Shown here in pieces: positions 62,429 through 64,000 of a stretch of DNA of 64,000 nucleotides (within the stretch, counting starts at the first letter, position 1; the number at the start of each line of letters is the position of its first letter). The DNA is from Eutreptiella sp. 'Long Island Sound 2002' (Eukaryota > Protista > Euglenida), in contig OZ038379.1 in the NCBI GenBank assembly GCA_964036045.1, forward strand, positions 19,530,001-19,594,000, in the 5' to 3' direction. A model generated the notes under the pieces. The model was not told the origin of the DNA. It did not search any database and saw only the letters and a program-made list of their open reading frames with translations. A program made the translations under genes and the position numbers.

Positions 62429-64000
62429 CTTGCAAGGGCGCCAGCTCTTGGGAACTGTTACTTATAGCGAGGTTCCTGTCTGCTGATGCGCCCACAGTGC
62501 AGCAACCACCAAACCAGGATCAATAGGCACAGCCACGCCATCCTGAACGAAAAAGGCTATGAACCAAAGAGAATGTTAACCCCCCTTCCACTTGCGCAAC
62601 CATGAGTACACATGGTGCCGACCCCTATGGGGCAGTTGCCTACAACGTGCGCACAGCGCCACTCGTTTACGTGACTTTACCGGGACTAACCGCAAAACCA
62701 CTGACCACCAAAATACAGCATGCACAGGTTAAAACTTGGGGGTTGACTGTACACGCAAACATGTTGCAATGTACTGAGGCTATGTGCAAAGTCTTGGTGT
62801 CGCCAATTGATAACAATGAGGGAGATAAATGCACCGCGCGCACCGCGTGGTGCACCGCGCGCGCACCGCGCTTTGGTTTCTACCAACCCTTTCCTGCATT
62901 TTTCACATTTTTTCAGGGTGGCAAGGACGCGGTGGCCTAAGGGGTAAGCACACAACAACGGAGGCCTCCACTCCATCCTCCTCACCAATGGTGGTTGTGG
63001 CCGCCCACACCCCCTGCCAGGGGAGGGCCGTAGGAAGAGGAAGAAGAGGATGTAGAACTCTCCGGTACGGCCGCTCGACCGAAGAGCCTAGTGCCCCACA
63101 GGGTGCCCAAGCCTGTGGGGCCGTTTCGAACGTTTCGCGTTTCGCTGTGCTCAATGCACTCGTTTCGCGTTTCGGAGTGTTACTTCTTGGGGTGCCCAAG
63201 CCCAGGAAGTAACCGTATCGGTGCGTTTCGCGTTTCAATGATCACGGTGTCACCTACGAGGAAGCCTCCTCTTCCTCCTCATCAGCAGACGTAAGTGACG
63301 AGCCTGAGGATGATGAATCCGAATCCGAGTCCGAATTGGAATCGGAATCTGAACCACGACGTCTGGTGGCCTTTGGCTGCCCGAAAATGCCACTTGGGAA
63401 GTGGTCCCAAGGGCCGTACGGCTCATAGCGCACGTTGAGAAATCGCTACGAAAAACACGCGTACTTCAGCAGAAGACGTTTTGTGCCTCTGATTTTTCAT
63501 TTGTTCTCTATAGAGGGAGGGGCGAGGCACCCGTGGCAATTGTCCGCCATCGCGACAGCCATCGCAACCTGGCTTGGCGCCCTATCCCGCAGCCACGGCA
63601 CACGGGCTCACCACAAGGGAGGGGCAAATAGTGGTGAGGTGCAGAAAACAGCACAAGGGGAAAGAAAAGGTTGTACGCGCACGTGGAAAACCAATGCACC
63701 GCGCGCGCACCGCGTGGTGCACCGCGCTTTTATCTCCCTCAATAATGATCACTTGCAGAATGTGCATCCCCATGTGCTAAAAAAACATGAACTTTTTGGC
63801 CAAAGCATCGCCTGGGTGGGGAGGCTTGATGCACGAAGGCAAGCAGGCCATCCACACCCTCAGATGAACCCAAGTGAGGTTGTTCATCCTCTTCGTCATG
63901 TTTGTCATCACTGTTGTCAAGAAGGTCAGGAAGCTCTAACTCAACCGCATCATTGGGAGGGTTGTTCCCACCATAAATCTTAATGGGGGTCCCAAAAGGT

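Overview
Repeat-rich eukaryotic nuclear DNA with long G/C homopolymer tracts, large introns and many decayed mobile elements. Composition and repeat content suggest a euglenozoan (euglenid-like) protist, which is an unverified inference. Most ORFs in the supplied track are spurious. What the sequence supports: (1) two large multi-exon GT-AG genes on the minus strand, a coiled-coil gene (exons 31035 to about 12626, possibly running into a decayed PARP domain at 11.1-12.0 kb) and an acidic/coiled-coil gene ending in a NYN/LabA-like domain (exons 61853 to 43344), plus a DnaJ exon at 2.4-2.7 kb; (2) a full-length U2 snRNA gene and a tRNA-Gln(CUG) gene 422 bp upstream, both inside an intron of the coiled-coil gene; (3) decayed non-LTR retrotransposons (APE, RT, RNase H) and several dispersed and tandem repeat families; (4) the top candidate for an undescribed system, a 3.6-kb element at 14880-18473. 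It has 21-bp terminal inverted repeats, a TTTTT target duplication and an empty-site paralogue in the window. Inside are four pairs of a 16-bp palindrome (TGTCTGGWWCCAGACA) spaced 60-62 bp, an inner 18-bp inverted repeat bracketing the coding region, and a spliced, decayed gene that looks like a transposase-like domain plus a DNA amino-methyltransferase-like fold. All protein-family calls are by eye and need HMM confirmation.
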